A DNA stretch of 64,000 nt from an uncultured Gemmatimonadota bacterium (lineage in GTDB: Bacteria; Blakebacterota; Blakebacteria; Blakebacterales; Blakebacteraceae). The stretch lies in NCBI GenBank assembly GCA_964576115.1, contig CAZNUA010000008.1, positions 1-64,000 on the forward strand, read 5' to 3'. This document shows positions 1 through 9,516 of this stretch, piece by piece. The notes below the pieces were generated by a model. It was not told the DNA's origin. It ran no database searches and saw only the letters and a program-made list of their open reading frames with translations. Every line of letters begins with the position of its first letter. Within the stretch, counting starts at the first letter, position 1. The position numbers and the translations under genes are program-made.

Positions 1-1623
1 GCCGGGGCGCAGCACTCCCGTCACCTCTTCCTGAAAACCGGCATACGCCGCCCAGACCGTCCAGGCCCGGACCGCCTCCTCGGGGGTGACGGCCTGATGG
101 GGGTACCAGCCCCCTTCCGGTTGCAGATCCTTGTCGCGGCGGGTCATGGCGGCGTGCAGACCGTAGAAGATCGAATGGTCCGAGCCGGGCAGATCGGAGT
201 TGAAAGCCAGCTCGGCCCCCGCCACCCGCATGGTGCGCCAGGCGAAGGCGCCCCGGCAGCGGTCGGGTCCGATCCGATCCTCTATCCAGGCCTTGTCTTC
301 GACCGTCTGGCAGGGCTGCATCGAGGCAATCAGGTCCAGCTCACCGAAGCGCAGGAAATCGTCGGGATGCACTACCTGGGCGTGTTCGATGCGGTGGCGC
401 AGCGCTCGCGTCCCGGGATTGGCGGCGATGACGCGCTCGTAGAAATCGAGCACCTCGCGGTTGCCGGCGTCGCCGATGGCGTGGATGGCGGCCTGAAACC
501 CGGCCTCCATCGCCTCGGCTACCAGATCTTCGTCGTAGCCGTACTCGTCGCCGCTCACCCCCCGGTGACCGGGCCGGTCGGAATAATCCGCCAGCAGGCG
601 GGCTCCGCGCGAGCCGAGCGAGGCGTCGTAGTAGGCCTTGACGCATTTGACGAGCAGCATGCTGTCGTGATCGGTATCGGGACCGCGCGCGATCCACTCC
701 CGGGTCAGGTCGGGATCGCGGGTCGAGACCATGGCGTAGATCCTGATCGGCAGGTCCCCCCGCTCCTCCATGACCTGGAAGGTTTCCATCAGTTCACTCT
801 TCGTCCCGGCCTGGTGCAGACAGACGAAACCGTCGCGGGCCATCTGCATCAGAGCCGTGCGCATGGTCTGCACCCGACGTTCGAGACTCAGCGGCGGGAC
901 GGCCTCGCGCAGCAGGTTGACGCCCTGATTGACGAGCACCCCGGTCGGCTCACCGTCGGCGTCACGCAGGATCTCCCCCCCCACCGGGTCGGGGGTGTCG
1001 CGGGTTACCCCGGCCACTTCGAGCGCCCGGCGGTTGGCCCAGACCCCGAAGCCGTGCAGGCCGTCGACCAGAACGGGATGGTCGGGAAAAGCTTCGGTCA
1101 GGGGGCGATGATCGGGGTAGCGGTTGGCCCAGTTCCCCTCGTCCCAGCCGTAGCCGACGATCCACTCCCAGGAAGGGACCTCATGCACACTCTCCTGCAG
1201 TCGGGCCACGATCTCTTCGATCGTGTCGAGCCCGCGCAGATCGACCCGGCTCAGATTGCGAGCCACCTCGTCGATATGGACATGCGATTCGATCAGGCCG
1301 GGCAGCACGGTCGCCCCGTTCAGATCGACGGTGCGGGTCGCCTCACCGGCATAACGGCGGGCCCCGGCGTCGCTGCCGACATACAGAATGCGCCCGCCGG
1401 CCACGGCCACCGCCGCCGCATCGGGGTGCCAGCCTTCGGGATCCCAGGGCGCGTCCTCGGCCGGCGTGCCGTCGATGGCGGGATCGGCCCAGTCGAGACT
1501 GTAGACCCGGGCGTTGGTGAGAATCAGCTCGGCCTCGGGGGTTCCCGACCCGCAACCCGACACGAGTCCGAGGGCGAACAGCCCGGTGAACAGACAAGCG
1601 ACGGAGTGATACAGCTGCGGCAT
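1..1623 (-). CDS. YtcJ-like metal-dependent amidohydrolase (amidohydrolase_3), probable lipoprotein; 3' end runs off the window
   Basis: Not in the ORF track because it has no stop in the window. Manual translation gives MPQLYHSVACLFTGLFALGLVSGC (lipobox), DLNGATVLPGLIESHVH, HAIGD, RIEHAQ, ASMQP, FNSDLP. AAGGAG RBS lies upstream of ATG 1623. Confidence 0.88.
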   Translation of the reverse strand, partial: MPQLYHSVACLFTGLFALGLVSGCGSGTPEAELILTNARVYSLDWADPAIDGTPAEDAPWDPEGWHPDAAAVAVAGGRILYVGSDAGARRYAGEATRTVDLNGATVLPGLIESHVHIDEVARNLSRVDLRGLDTIEEIVARLQESVHEVPSWEWIVGYGWDEGNWANRYPDHRPLTEAFPDHPVLVDGLHGFGVWANRRALEVAGVTRDTPDPVGGEILRDADGEPTGVLVNQGVNLLREAVPPLSLERRVQTMRTALMQMARDGFVCLHQAGTKSELMETFQVMEERGDLPIRIYAMVSTRDPDLTREWIARGPDTDHDSMLLVKCVKAYYDASLGSRGARLLADYSDRPGHRGVSGDEYGYDEDLVAEAMEAGFQAAIHAIGDAGNREVLDFYERVIAANPGTRALRHRIEHAQVVHPDDFLRFGELDLIASMQPCQTVEDKAWIEDRIGPDRCRGAFAWRTMRVAGAELAFNSDLPGSDHSIFYGLHAAMTRRDKDLQPEGGWYPHQAVTPEEAVRAWTVWAAYAGFQEEVTGVLRPG

Positions 1624-1787
1624 GACGGACTCCTTCATTCCGGTCGAACGGCGACCGCGGACGCAATCTGTTTCCAGCCGGTTCCGCGGCTGTGATCATC
1701 GTCCCGATCGCCACCGGTTGCAAGCCGGCGACGTGGCCGATAGGGTGCAGGAAAACAACCGGGATCCCTCCGACAGGATAGAGAGAT

Positions 1788-3299
1788 ATGCCTGCTGTCC
1801 CCCGCCGCCGGTTTCTGCAGAATCTCGCTGCCGGCACCGCCGCCGTCACCCTGCCCGGCTTCATGGGCTCCCTGACAGGCTGTTCTCGTCGTCCGGGACG
1901 CCGGCCCAACTTCGTCTTCTTTCTCATCGACGACATGGGCTGGACCGACGCCGGCTGCTACGGCAGTACTCTCTACGAAACGCTTCACATCGACCGGCTC
2001 GCCGCCGACGGCATGCGCTTCACCGACGCCTATGCCGCCTGTCCGGTCTGCTCCCCCACCCGGGCCAGCATCATGACCGGCAGGTACCCGGCCCGGCTCA
2101 ACATCACCGACTGGATCGGAGGGCGCCAACGGGGTTTGATGCTGCCGGCCGAGTACGAACACGCCCTGCCCCTGGAAGAGGTCACCATCGCCGAGGCCCT
2201 GCACGAGGCCGGATATTCCACCGGTTTTTTCGGCAAGTGGCACCTGGGCGACGAGGAACGCTTTCACCCCGAGCATCAGGGTTTCGACACCAATGTGGCC
2301 GGTCACGGCGCCGGCCATCCGGCTTCGTACTGGTACCCGTATGAACGGGGTGGCGACGGCAACACTTACTGGGACGTGCCCGATCTGGAAAACGGCCGTG
2401 AGGGCGAGTACCTGACCGACCGGCTCACCGACGAGGCGCTGGCCTGGCTCGACACGAACGCCGGCGATCCCTTCCTGCTCTATCTGGCACACTACGCGGT
2501 CCATACGCCGATTCAGGGCAAACCGGACCTGACCGCCCGATACGAGGACAAGCTGGCCGGAATGGCCCCGCCGGAAGGGCCGCTGAGCCGGCGGCAGAAG
2601 GAATGGGGCGGCGTCACCCGGCTGGTGCAGGACAATCCCGAGTACGCCGCCATGGTCTCCAGCGTGGACGAGAGTGTGGGACGGGTGATGGCGAAACTTG
2701 ACCAGCTGGGGGTCAGTCAGGACACGATCGTTATCTTCATGAGCGACAACGGCGGGCTGACCACCTTCGCCAACTCCCCCGGCGCCCCGACGGCGGTCCT
2801 CCCCCTGCGGGCCGGCAAGGGCTGGCTGTACGAGGGGGGCATCCGGGAGCCGATGATCGTGCGTTGGCCCGGGGTCGTCGAGCCCGGTTCGGTCTGCCCC
2901 GAAGTCGTCACCAGCACCGACTTCTACCCCACCATGCTGGCCATGGCGGGCCTCGAGTCGCGCCCCGCCCAGCACCTCGACGGTCTCGACCTCACCCCGC
3001 TCCTGCGCGGAAGCGGCTCTCCGGGCCGGGAGGCGGTTTACTGGCATTTCCCCCACTATCACGGTTCGGGGATGCGGCCGGCCGGAGCGGTCCGGGCCGG
3101 GGAGTGGAAACTGATCGAATGGTACGAGGACAGGCGAATCGAACTCTACAACCTGCGTGACGACATCGGCGAGGAACACGATCTGGCCGCGGCAGAACCG
3201 CAGAAAGCGGCTGAACTCAAAGCCATGCTCGAGGCCTGGCGCCGCGCCACCGACGCCCGGATGCCGCGCCACGATCCCGGCCGGGCCCCGGTTCCCTGA
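1788..3299 (+). CDS. Formylglycine-dependent sulfatase (arylsulfatase A-like), Tat-exported, possible lipoprotein
   Basis: RRRFL Tat motif and LTGC; PNFVFFLIDD; CSPTRAS-IMTG sulfatase signature; GKWHLG; SDNG; KGWLYEGG. Confidence 0.93.
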   Translation: MPAVPRRRFLQNLAAGTAAVTLPGFMGSLTGCSRRPGRRPNFVFFLIDDMGWTDAGCYGSTLYETLHIDRLAADGMRFTDAYAACPVCSPTRASIMTGRYPARLNITDWIGGRQRGLMLPAEYEHALPLEEVTIAEALHEAGYSTGFFGKWHLGDEERFHPEHQGFDTNVAGHGAGHPASYWYPYERGGDGNTYWDVPDLENGREGEYLTDRLTDEALAWLDTNAGDPFLLYLAHYAVHTPIQGKPDLTARYEDKLAGMAPPEGPLSRRQKEWGGVTRLVQDNPEYAAMVSSVDESVGRVMAKLDQLGVSQDTIVIFMSDNGGLTTFANSPGAPTAVLPLRAGKGWLYEGGIREPMIVRWPGVVEPGSVCPEVVTSTDFYPTMLAMAGLESRPAQHLDGLDLTPLLRGSGSPGREAVYWHFPHYHGSGMRPAGAVRAGEWKLIEWYEDRRIELYNLRDDIGEEHDLAAAEPQKAAELKAMLEAWRRATDARMPRHDPGRAPVP

Positions 3300-3340
3300 A
3301 AGCGATTCCACAAAGCGGCATCCCTGCACCGTTCGGGGCG

Positions 3341-3388
3341 TATAATAAAACTGACCGGTGAACATTTCGAGCCGACTGTTGGTAGTAT
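3341..3388 (+). promoter_or_regulatory. Candidate sigma70 -10 elements upstream of the M28 gene
   Basis: Perfect TATAAT at 3341-3346 and extended -10 TGGTAGTAT at 3380-3388 in an AT-richer intergenic gap; no good -35. Confidence 0.35.
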
Positions 3389-3429
3389 ATAACGAACGTT
3401 CCGACCCACCCAAGCGAAGGGGAGCAACC

Positions 3430-5055
3430 ATGTTCCGGCGACCGACCATCGTCCTGACCGCAGCCCTGCTTCTGCTCGGCTGCACCACTTCTCTGAGCGC
3501 CCAGCAGCATGCCCTCGATTCGATCACGGCCGATGAACTGCGCATGCACCTCTCGTTCATCGCCGCCGACGAACTGATGGGGCGCGATACTCCGTCACCT
3601 GGTTTGAAGATCGCCGCCCGCTATCTGGCCACCCGGGTCGAATCGTACGGCCTGACCCCGCTCATGCCCGATGGTTCCTTCTACCAGATCATCCCCCTGG
3701 AGCGGACCCGCCCTTCGACCGCCTCGTCCATCACCGCCGGCGGGCGGACTTTCCACTTCCCGTCCGACTTCGGTGTGAGCGGAGCGACCGAAGCCCATTT
3801 CGAAGGTGAACTCGTCCTGGCCGGATACGGCGCCAGTGACGAGGAAGCGGGGTGGGATGACTACAGCGGACTGGATTGTGAAGGCAGGATCGTGGTCATC
3901 CTCGAGGGCGAACTGCCCGCGGGACACGCCCTGCGCCTGGAGGACAACCGGCGGCTGCGGATGATGCGCACCTACACCCCGGCCGGAGCGGGTGCGGTGG
4001 CGGTCCTCAATGTCATCTCCCCCTCGCGCGAACGGGAGATGGCCGCCGGCGCCGGGTTCGAGGTCAGCACCGGTCGGGCTTCGTGGCCGGCCGGAGCCAG
4101 CTCGCCCCCGCGCGGCGGTAGCAGTGGTGAACGGCGCGGCGGGATGCAGCGCGGCGGACGGGCACCGGTGCTCGAACTGCGGCACGACTCAGCCGCGGCC
4201 CTGCTCGGCATCTCCCGGGCCGACCTGGACGCGATGTTCGCCCGCCTGGCTCGCGGCGAGCGGGTCGAGGGCCGGGCCATGACCGGCCGCCAGGTCACGA
4301 TCGATCTGACGACCGAATCCGAGTCCGAACACACCCAGAACGTGGTGGCCATGGTGCCGGGCTCCGACCCTGTACTCAAGGACGAGTACGTCGTCATCGG
4401 CGCCCACTACGACCACGTCGGGATCAGGCACGGCGCCTACCCCGACAGCATCTGCAACGGCGCCGACGATGACGGTTCGGGCACGGTCTCGATGCTCGAG
4501 ATCGCCCAGGCCATGATGATCGAGCGCCCGAAGCGGTCGGTTATCTTCGTCTGGCACACCGGCGAGGAGAAGGGCCTGCGCGGTGCCTGGTGGTTCGTGA
4601 ACAACTGCCCCGTGCCGCTCGAGAACATCAACGCCATGCTGCAAATGGACATGATCAGCCGCAACGACCCCGATTCGATCTGCCTTATCGGCTCCCATTT
4701 CGTCAGTTCGGAGCTCGATGCCGTCCACCGGCGGGTCTGCGAGCGGCTCGACCTGATCGCGATCGACGACAAGTACAACGACCCCGACCTGCCCACGAAC
4801 AACTACCACCGACAGAGCGATCACTACGCCTACCACAGCTACTCGATCCCGGCCACCTTCTTCTTCTCCGATATCACGCCGGAGCTGCACACTCCGGCCG
4901 ACGAAGTCCCCCTCTGCGACTTCGACAAGGCCGAACGGGTCACCAAGTTCCTCTACGCCTCGGCTTTGGAACTGGGGAACATGCCCGACATGGTCGCACT
5001 GGACCGCGATCCCGAAATCACCCGTCGGGGTCAGCGGATCGACACCGGGCGCTGA
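3430..5055 (+). CDS. M28 family aminopeptidase with PA domain, secreted
   Basis: Signal peptide; GAHYDH, NGADDDGSG, GEEKGL, MDMI, SDH, HTPAD motifs; GGAG RBS before ATG 3430. Confidence 0.92.
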   Translation: MFRRPTIVLTAALLLLGCTTSLSAQQHALDSITADELRMHLSFIAADELMGRDTPSPGLKIAARYLATRVESYGLTPLMPDGSFYQIIPLERTRPSTASSITAGGRTFHFPSDFGVSGATEAHFEGELVLAGYGASDEEAGWDDYSGLDCEGRIVVILEGELPAGHALRLEDNRRLRMMRTYTPAGAGAVAVLNVISPSREREMAAGAGFEVSTGRASWPAGASSPPRGGSSGERRGGMQRGGRAPVLELRHDSAAALLGISRADLDAMFARLARGERVEGRAMTGRQVTIDLTTESESEHTQNVVAMVPGSDPVLKDEYVVIGAHYDHVGIRHGAYPDSICNGADDDGSGTVSMLEIAQAMMIERPKRSVIFVWHTGEEKGLRGAWWFVNNCPVPLENINAMLQMDMISRNDPDSICLIGSHFVSSELDAVHRRVCERLDLIAIDDKYNDPDLPTNNYHRQSDHYAYHSYSIPATFFFSDITPELHTPADEVPLCDFDKAERVTKFLYASALELGNMPDMVALDRDPEITRRGQRIDTGR

Positions 5056-5060
5056 GCACC

Positions 5061-5096
5061 AAATCAAAGCCCCCCGTGACTCATGTCGCGGGGGGC
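5061..5096 (-). terminator. Intrinsic terminator between convergent M28 and csp genes
   Basis: GCCCCCCGTGAC-TCAT-GTCGCGGGGGGC hairpin (5069-5096), followed by TTTGATTT on the minus strand. Confidence 0.75.
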
Positions 5097-5122
5097 GCAT
5101 AAAGGGTGATGTTGTCCGGATA

Positions 5123-5326
5123 TCAGACCCGGCGTACGTTCTCCGCCGCCGGGCCCTTCTGGCCTTCAACGACATCGAACTCCACGACGTCACCTTCGTT
5201 GAGGGTCTTGAATCCTTCGCCGACTATCGCTGAGTGGTGAACGAAGCAATCGCCCGATCCATCATCATGCGTGATAAAACCGTAGCCCTTTGTTTCGCTG
5301 AACCACTTGACTGTGCCTCGTGCCAT
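5123..5326 (-). CDS. cspA: Cold-shock protein (CspA family), 67 aa
   Basis: [18 protein letters not shown] (RNP1), CFVHHSAI (RNP2), [10 protein letters not shown]. Confidence 0.96.
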   Translation of the reverse strand: MARGTVKWFSETKGYGFITHDDGSGDCFVHHSAIVGEGFKTLNEGDVVEFDVVEGQKGPAAENVRRV

Positions 5327-5413
5327 ATCTGGTGCATTCCTTCTTGTGTCCGGGACTCGTCCCGTGGTACAGATCGGCCCGCTGGGCCGTGACGCTTCCT
5401 GCGTCGCGGCTTC

Positions 5414-5443
5414 ACAGTAGTGGGGGTGTGCCGAACACTGCAA
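5414..5443 (-). promoter_or_regulatory. Candidate sigma70 promoter for csp
   Basis: TTGCAG-18 nt-TACTGT on the minus strand, implying a ~80 nt 5' leader; long leaders are typical of csp genes. Confidence 0.4.
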
Positions 5444-5449
5444 GTGCGT

Positions 5450-7069
5450 TCAGAAACGGCTCCGGTACAGGTTCCAGAGCTCATCGCCCGCCTCCCACAT
5501 ACGGTCGAGCACAAGCCGGGCGAAGCTGTTCGAGTAGCTGTTCACGAATTCCTCCGCTGCGGCGGGATCCTCGGCGTACAATTCAACCGCCCGTTCTTCG
5601 ATCAGGGGCAGCTCGGCGAAAGCCTTGTCGAGCAGTTCTGCCCGCACTCCCAGCAGGTAGTCACGGTCGCGGTAGTAGTGGATCTGGGTCAGCCGGCAGG
5701 CCCGGTGGAAAGGCCAGGCCGCGGCGTCGCGGCGGAAGCGGTGCTGTGAGGAGATCGAGAACTCGAGTGGCAGTTCGTGGGTGCCGGCGAAGATCGGGAT
5801 GCGTGGGATGAGGGTGGGACAGTCGAACCCGAGCCAGAGGATGGCTCCGATCGGATCGGGGAGCCACTCCCGGCACTGGATCACGGTCGAGTAGGACGCG
5901 GCGTTGACGGCAATGGTGCGGTGCCGCGGCGCCGAGCCCGGTTCGAGAGTGTTGTAGAGGTTCCGCATGTCCCCGCTCATCCACGGGTTGGCGGCCGGGC
6001 TCGGCTCCAGCTCACCCGAGCGCCGGTTCTCGACTTTGAGGCCCCCGACCGGATCGAGTTCGGAACCCTCATAGGTCGCCCCGAGCAGGTCCATCACATC
6101 GCGGACCGAGACCCTGGCGTCGGGCCGCACCGAGAGGGGCAGTTCGTCGGCGTCGTACTGCAGGTTCAGCGAGGGCGCCAGCCGGCTCAGGGCCCAGTAC
6201 TCGCGATCCGAAAAGGGACGACGGCCGCTGTACGCCTGCCACAGCTTGAAGGGCTCGCCGCTGGCCGGGTCCCACCACCCCATCTCCTGAGCCAGGCTGA
6301 AGACGTTGTCCGAGGCGATGCAGTTGTAGGAATCGGACGGACTGATTTCGGCGATGCGGGGAATGTTGGCCGAGACCGCCACGTGATCGTCGGGAATGCG
6401 CACCGCCGCCCAGACCGCTCCCTTGCGGTCCCGCCCGGGGCCGAAGATTTCGAAGTACCAGGCTTCCTGCGGATCGATGACGGTCAGGCACTCGCCGGTA
6501 TCGGTATAGCCGTACTCCTCGGCCAGAGCGCCCATCATCGCGATCGCTTCCCGGGCGGTACGGCTGCGGGCGATGGCGATTTTCTGCAGTTCTTCGATAC
6601 TGAAGATGCCGTTGGAACTACGCAGCTCGCGCCGTCCCCCGATGGTGGTTTCCCCCATGGCGAGCTGATGCTCGTTCAGGCAGGGGTAGACGGTGTGCAC
6701 GAAGCGGTAGGTTTCGGGGGCCTGGGGAATCTCGCCGAGCGCCTCGAGGGTGCGCAGGTCGCCCACGAACTCGGTCTTCTTGATACGCTTGTTCCAGACC
6801 GGCACCATCTCCCCGGCTTCGTGGGTGCCGCCGGGCACGATCTCGATCCAGTTCCGGCTGGTCCCGTCGCAGGTGTGCGAGGTGATCGTCGAACCGTCGG
6901 TGGTGGCCAGGCGGCCCGCGACGACACTCGAACAGCCATCGGGCGAATCCTTGTCGGCCGGCTCCTGTACGCGGCGATCGGGGCCCGCCAGCAACACGGC
7001 CACGAGTACGAGGCCGAGAAGGGGAGCGACGAGCAGGGCCAGCTGACGGGGACGGGAGGAAGACCGCAT
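5450..7069 (-). CDS. C69 family dipeptidase (Ntn-hydrolase), secreted
   Basis: Signal/propeptide then CSSVVAG (N-terminal nucleophile Cys), SHTCD, NEHQLAMGETT, ARTAREAI, GECLTVID; AGGAG RBS. Confidence 0.88.
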   Translation of the reverse strand: MRSSSRPRQLALLVAPLLGLVLVAVLLAGPDRRVQEPADKDSPDGCSSVVAGRLATTDGSTITSHTCDGTSRNWIEIVPGGTHEAGEMVPVWNKRIKKTEFVGDLRTLEALGEIPQAPETYRFVHTVYPCLNEHQLAMGETTIGGRRELRSSNGIFSIEELQKIAIARSRTAREAIAMMGALAEEYGYTDTGECLTVIDPQEAWYFEIFGPGRDRKGAVWAAVRIPDDHVAVSANIPRIAEISPSDSYNCIASDNVFSLAQEMGWWDPASGEPFKLWQAYSGRRPFSDREYWALSRLAPSLNLQYDADELPLSVRPDARVSVRDVMDLLGATYEGSELDPVGGLKVENRRSGELEPSPAANPWMSGDMRNLYNTLEPGSAPRHRTIAVNAASYSTVIQCREWLPDPIGAILWLGFDCPTLIPRIPIFAGTHELPLEFSISSQHRFRRDAAAWPFHRACRLTQIHYYRDRDYLLGVRAELLDKAFAELPLIEERAVELYAEDPAAAEEFVNSYSNSFARLVLDRMWEAGDELWNLYRSRF

Positions 7070-7172
7070 GAGAGACTCCTTCATCTTGGATGACCGGGGC
7101 ATTCAGAGTAGCATCATACGCCGATCAGCTGATGACGCCAAATGTCTCGAACCGGAATCCCGGGGGTCCGCC

Positions 7173-9503
7173 GTGAAGAGAATCAGAACCCGCACCGTCC
7201 GTCCGGGCGGATTCGCCGCCACCGACGCCCGGCCGGTCAACCTCAGTGTAATCGCCCTCCTGCTGGGCACACTCGCCTGGCCGGGGATCACGCCGACCGC
7301 CCTCGCCCAGAGCGAGGAGGCCCTGCTCACCGTCGACCGTATCTTCAACTCGGCCGAATTCATGACCGAAGGTTTCGGTCAGGCCCGCTGGCTGGCGGAC
7401 GGATCGGGTTACACCATGCTCGAACGGTCGGACGAGGTACGCGGGGGTACCGATATCGTCCGCTACTCGCCGGCCACCGGTCAGCGCGAGGTGCTCGTTC
7501 CGGCCGACTGGTTCGTGCCCCCGGGAGCCGACCGGCCGCTGCGGATCGAGGACTACACCTGGTCCGATGACGGCTCGAAGCTGATGATCTTCACCAACTC
7601 CCGGCGCGTCTGGCGCCGCAATACCCGCGGCGACTTCTGGGTGCTCGACCTCGAAAGCGGCCGCCTGCAGCAGCTGGGGGGCCACGCCGCGCCCTCGACC
7701 CTCATGTTCGCCAAGTTCGACCCGCAGGCCACCCGGGCCGCCTATGTGAGCTCGGTCTCGCACAATCTCTATGTCGAGGATCTGGCCTCGGGAGAGATCA
7801 CGGCCCTGACCGGTGATGGCTCCGAGACCGTCATCAACGGCACCTCCGACTGGGTCTACGAGGAGGAATTCGGGCTACGCGACGGGTTCCGCTGGAGCCC
7901 CGACGGCAGCCGTATCGCCTACTGGCAGTTCGACGCCTCGGGGGTGGGCACTTTCTTCATGATCAACAACACCGACTCGCTCTATGCCCGGATCGTTCCG
8001 GTCCAGTACCCGAAAGCGGGGACGACCAACTCCGCCTGCCGGGTCGGGGTGGTTTCGGCCGCTGGCGGGCCGACGGTCTGGCTCCGGACTCCCGGCGATC
8101 CCCGCAACACCTATCTCCCCCGCCTCGAGTGGGCGGCCTCTGCCGATGAAGTCGTCATCCAGTGCCTGAACCGGCACCAGAACACCAACCGGGTTCTGCT
8201 GGGTTCGGCTCGCACGGGCGAGGTGCGCACTCTCTTCACCGACCGCGACGAGGCCTGGCTCGATGTCGTCGACGACTGGCGCTGGCTCGAGCAGGGCCGG
8301 CTGATGACCTGGGTCAGCGAACGGGACGGCTGGCGCCACGTCTATATGGCCGACCGCGAGAGCGGAGAACTCACTCTCGTGACTCCCGGCGACTACGACG
8401 TGGTGAACATCCTTTCGATCGACGAAGCCGGCGGCTGGCTCTACTTCATCGCCTCGCCCGACAACCCGGCCCAGCGCTACCTGTACCGCACCCGTCTCTT
8501 CGGTCCCGGACGGCCCGAACGGCTCACTCCCGGCGCGATGGTAGGCACCCACGGCTACACCCTTTCTCCCGACGCCGCCTGGGCCTTTCATACCTGGAGC
8601 TGCTCCGGCGAACCGCCCCGGACCGAACTGATCCGTCTGCCCTCGCACGAGAACGTGCGCACCTTCGTCGACAATGCCCGCCTGCGCTCACGCCTCTCGA
8701 CCCTGGCTCTGGCTGAAACCGAATTTTTCCGGGTCGAGATCGAACCCGGGATCGAGCTCGACGGCTGGTTGATGAAACCGCACGACTTCGACCCGGCACT
8801 GCGCTACCCGGTTCTCTTCCACGTCTACGGCGAACCCGCCGGACAGACCGTGCTCGATCGGTGGGGCGGCACGCGCTACCTCTGGCACACCATGCTGACC
8901 CAGAAAGGGTATCTCGTCATCAGTGTGGACAACCGCGGCACCCCGGCTCCGCGCGGGCGCGAGTGGCGCAAGTGCATCTACGGGCAGATCGGGATCCTGG
9001 CCTCGAAGGACCAGGCGGCGGCCCTGGGCGCGATCGGGCAGTGGGACTTCGTGGACACCGATCGGGTCGGGATCTGGGGCTGGAGCGGCGGCGGTTCGAT
9101 GAGCCTGAACATGATCTTCCGCTATCCCGACCTCTACCACACCGCCATGAGCGTGGCTCCCGTGACCAACCAGCGCTATTACGACACCATCTACCAGGAA
9201 CGCTACATGGGCCTGCCCTCGGAGAACGCCGAAGGCTACCGGCTCGGCTCCCCGATCACCTTCGCCCGCCGGCTCGAAGGCAATCTCCTGCTCGTGCACG
9301 GTACCGGGGACGACAACGTGCACTGGCAGAGTTCGGAAGCCCTGGTGAACGAGCTGATCGCACACAACAAGCAGTTCACCTACTTTCCCTATCCCAACCG
9401 CTCGCACGGCATCTACGAGGGGCCCAACACAACCCGCCATCTCTACACCCTTCTCACCGACTACCTGCTCGAGCACCTGCCCCCCGGCCCCATCGGCCGC
9501 TGA
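7173..9503 (+). CDS. Dipeptidyl-peptidase IV (S9B)
   Basis: DWVYEEE, YPKAG, GWSGGG nucleophile, HGTGDDNVH, catalytic His in RSHGI; start codon uncertain (GTG 7173). Confidence 0.93.
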   Translation: MKRIRTRTVRPGGFAATDARPVNLSVIALLLGTLAWPGITPTALAQSEEALLTVDRIFNSAEFMTEGFGQARWLADGSGYTMLERSDEVRGGTDIVRYSPATGQREVLVPADWFVPPGADRPLRIEDYTWSDDGSKLMIFTNSRRVWRRNTRGDFWVLDLESGRLQQLGGHAAPSTLMFAKFDPQATRAAYVSSVSHNLYVEDLASGEITALTGDGSETVINGTSDWVYEEEFGLRDGFRWSPDGSRIAYWQFDASGVGTFFMINNTDSLYARIVPVQYPKAGTTNSACRVGVVSAAGGPTVWLRTPGDPRNTYLPRLEWAASADEVVIQCLNRHQNTNRVLLGSARTGEVRTLFTDRDEAWLDVVDDWRWLEQGRLMTWVSERDGWRHVYMADRESGELTLVTPGDYDVVNILSIDEAGGWLYFIASPDNPAQRYLYRTRLFGPGRPERLTPGAMVGTHGYTLSPDAAWAFHTWSCSGEPPRTELIRLPSHENVRTFVDNARLRSRLSTLALAETEFFRVEIEPGIELDGWLMKPHDFDPALRYPVLFHVYGEPAGQTVLDRWGGTRYLWHTMLTQKGYLVISVDNRGTPAPRGREWRKCIYGQIGILASKDQAAALGAIGQWDFVDTDRVGIWGWSGGGSMSLNMIFRYPDLYHTAMSVAPVTNQRYYDTIYQERYMGLPSENAEGYRLGSPITFARRLEGNLLLVHGTGDDNVHWQSSEALVNELIAHNKQFTYFPYPNRSHGIYEGPNTTRHLYTLLTDYLLEHLPPGPIGR

Positions 9504-9516
9504 GGAGACCCAGATC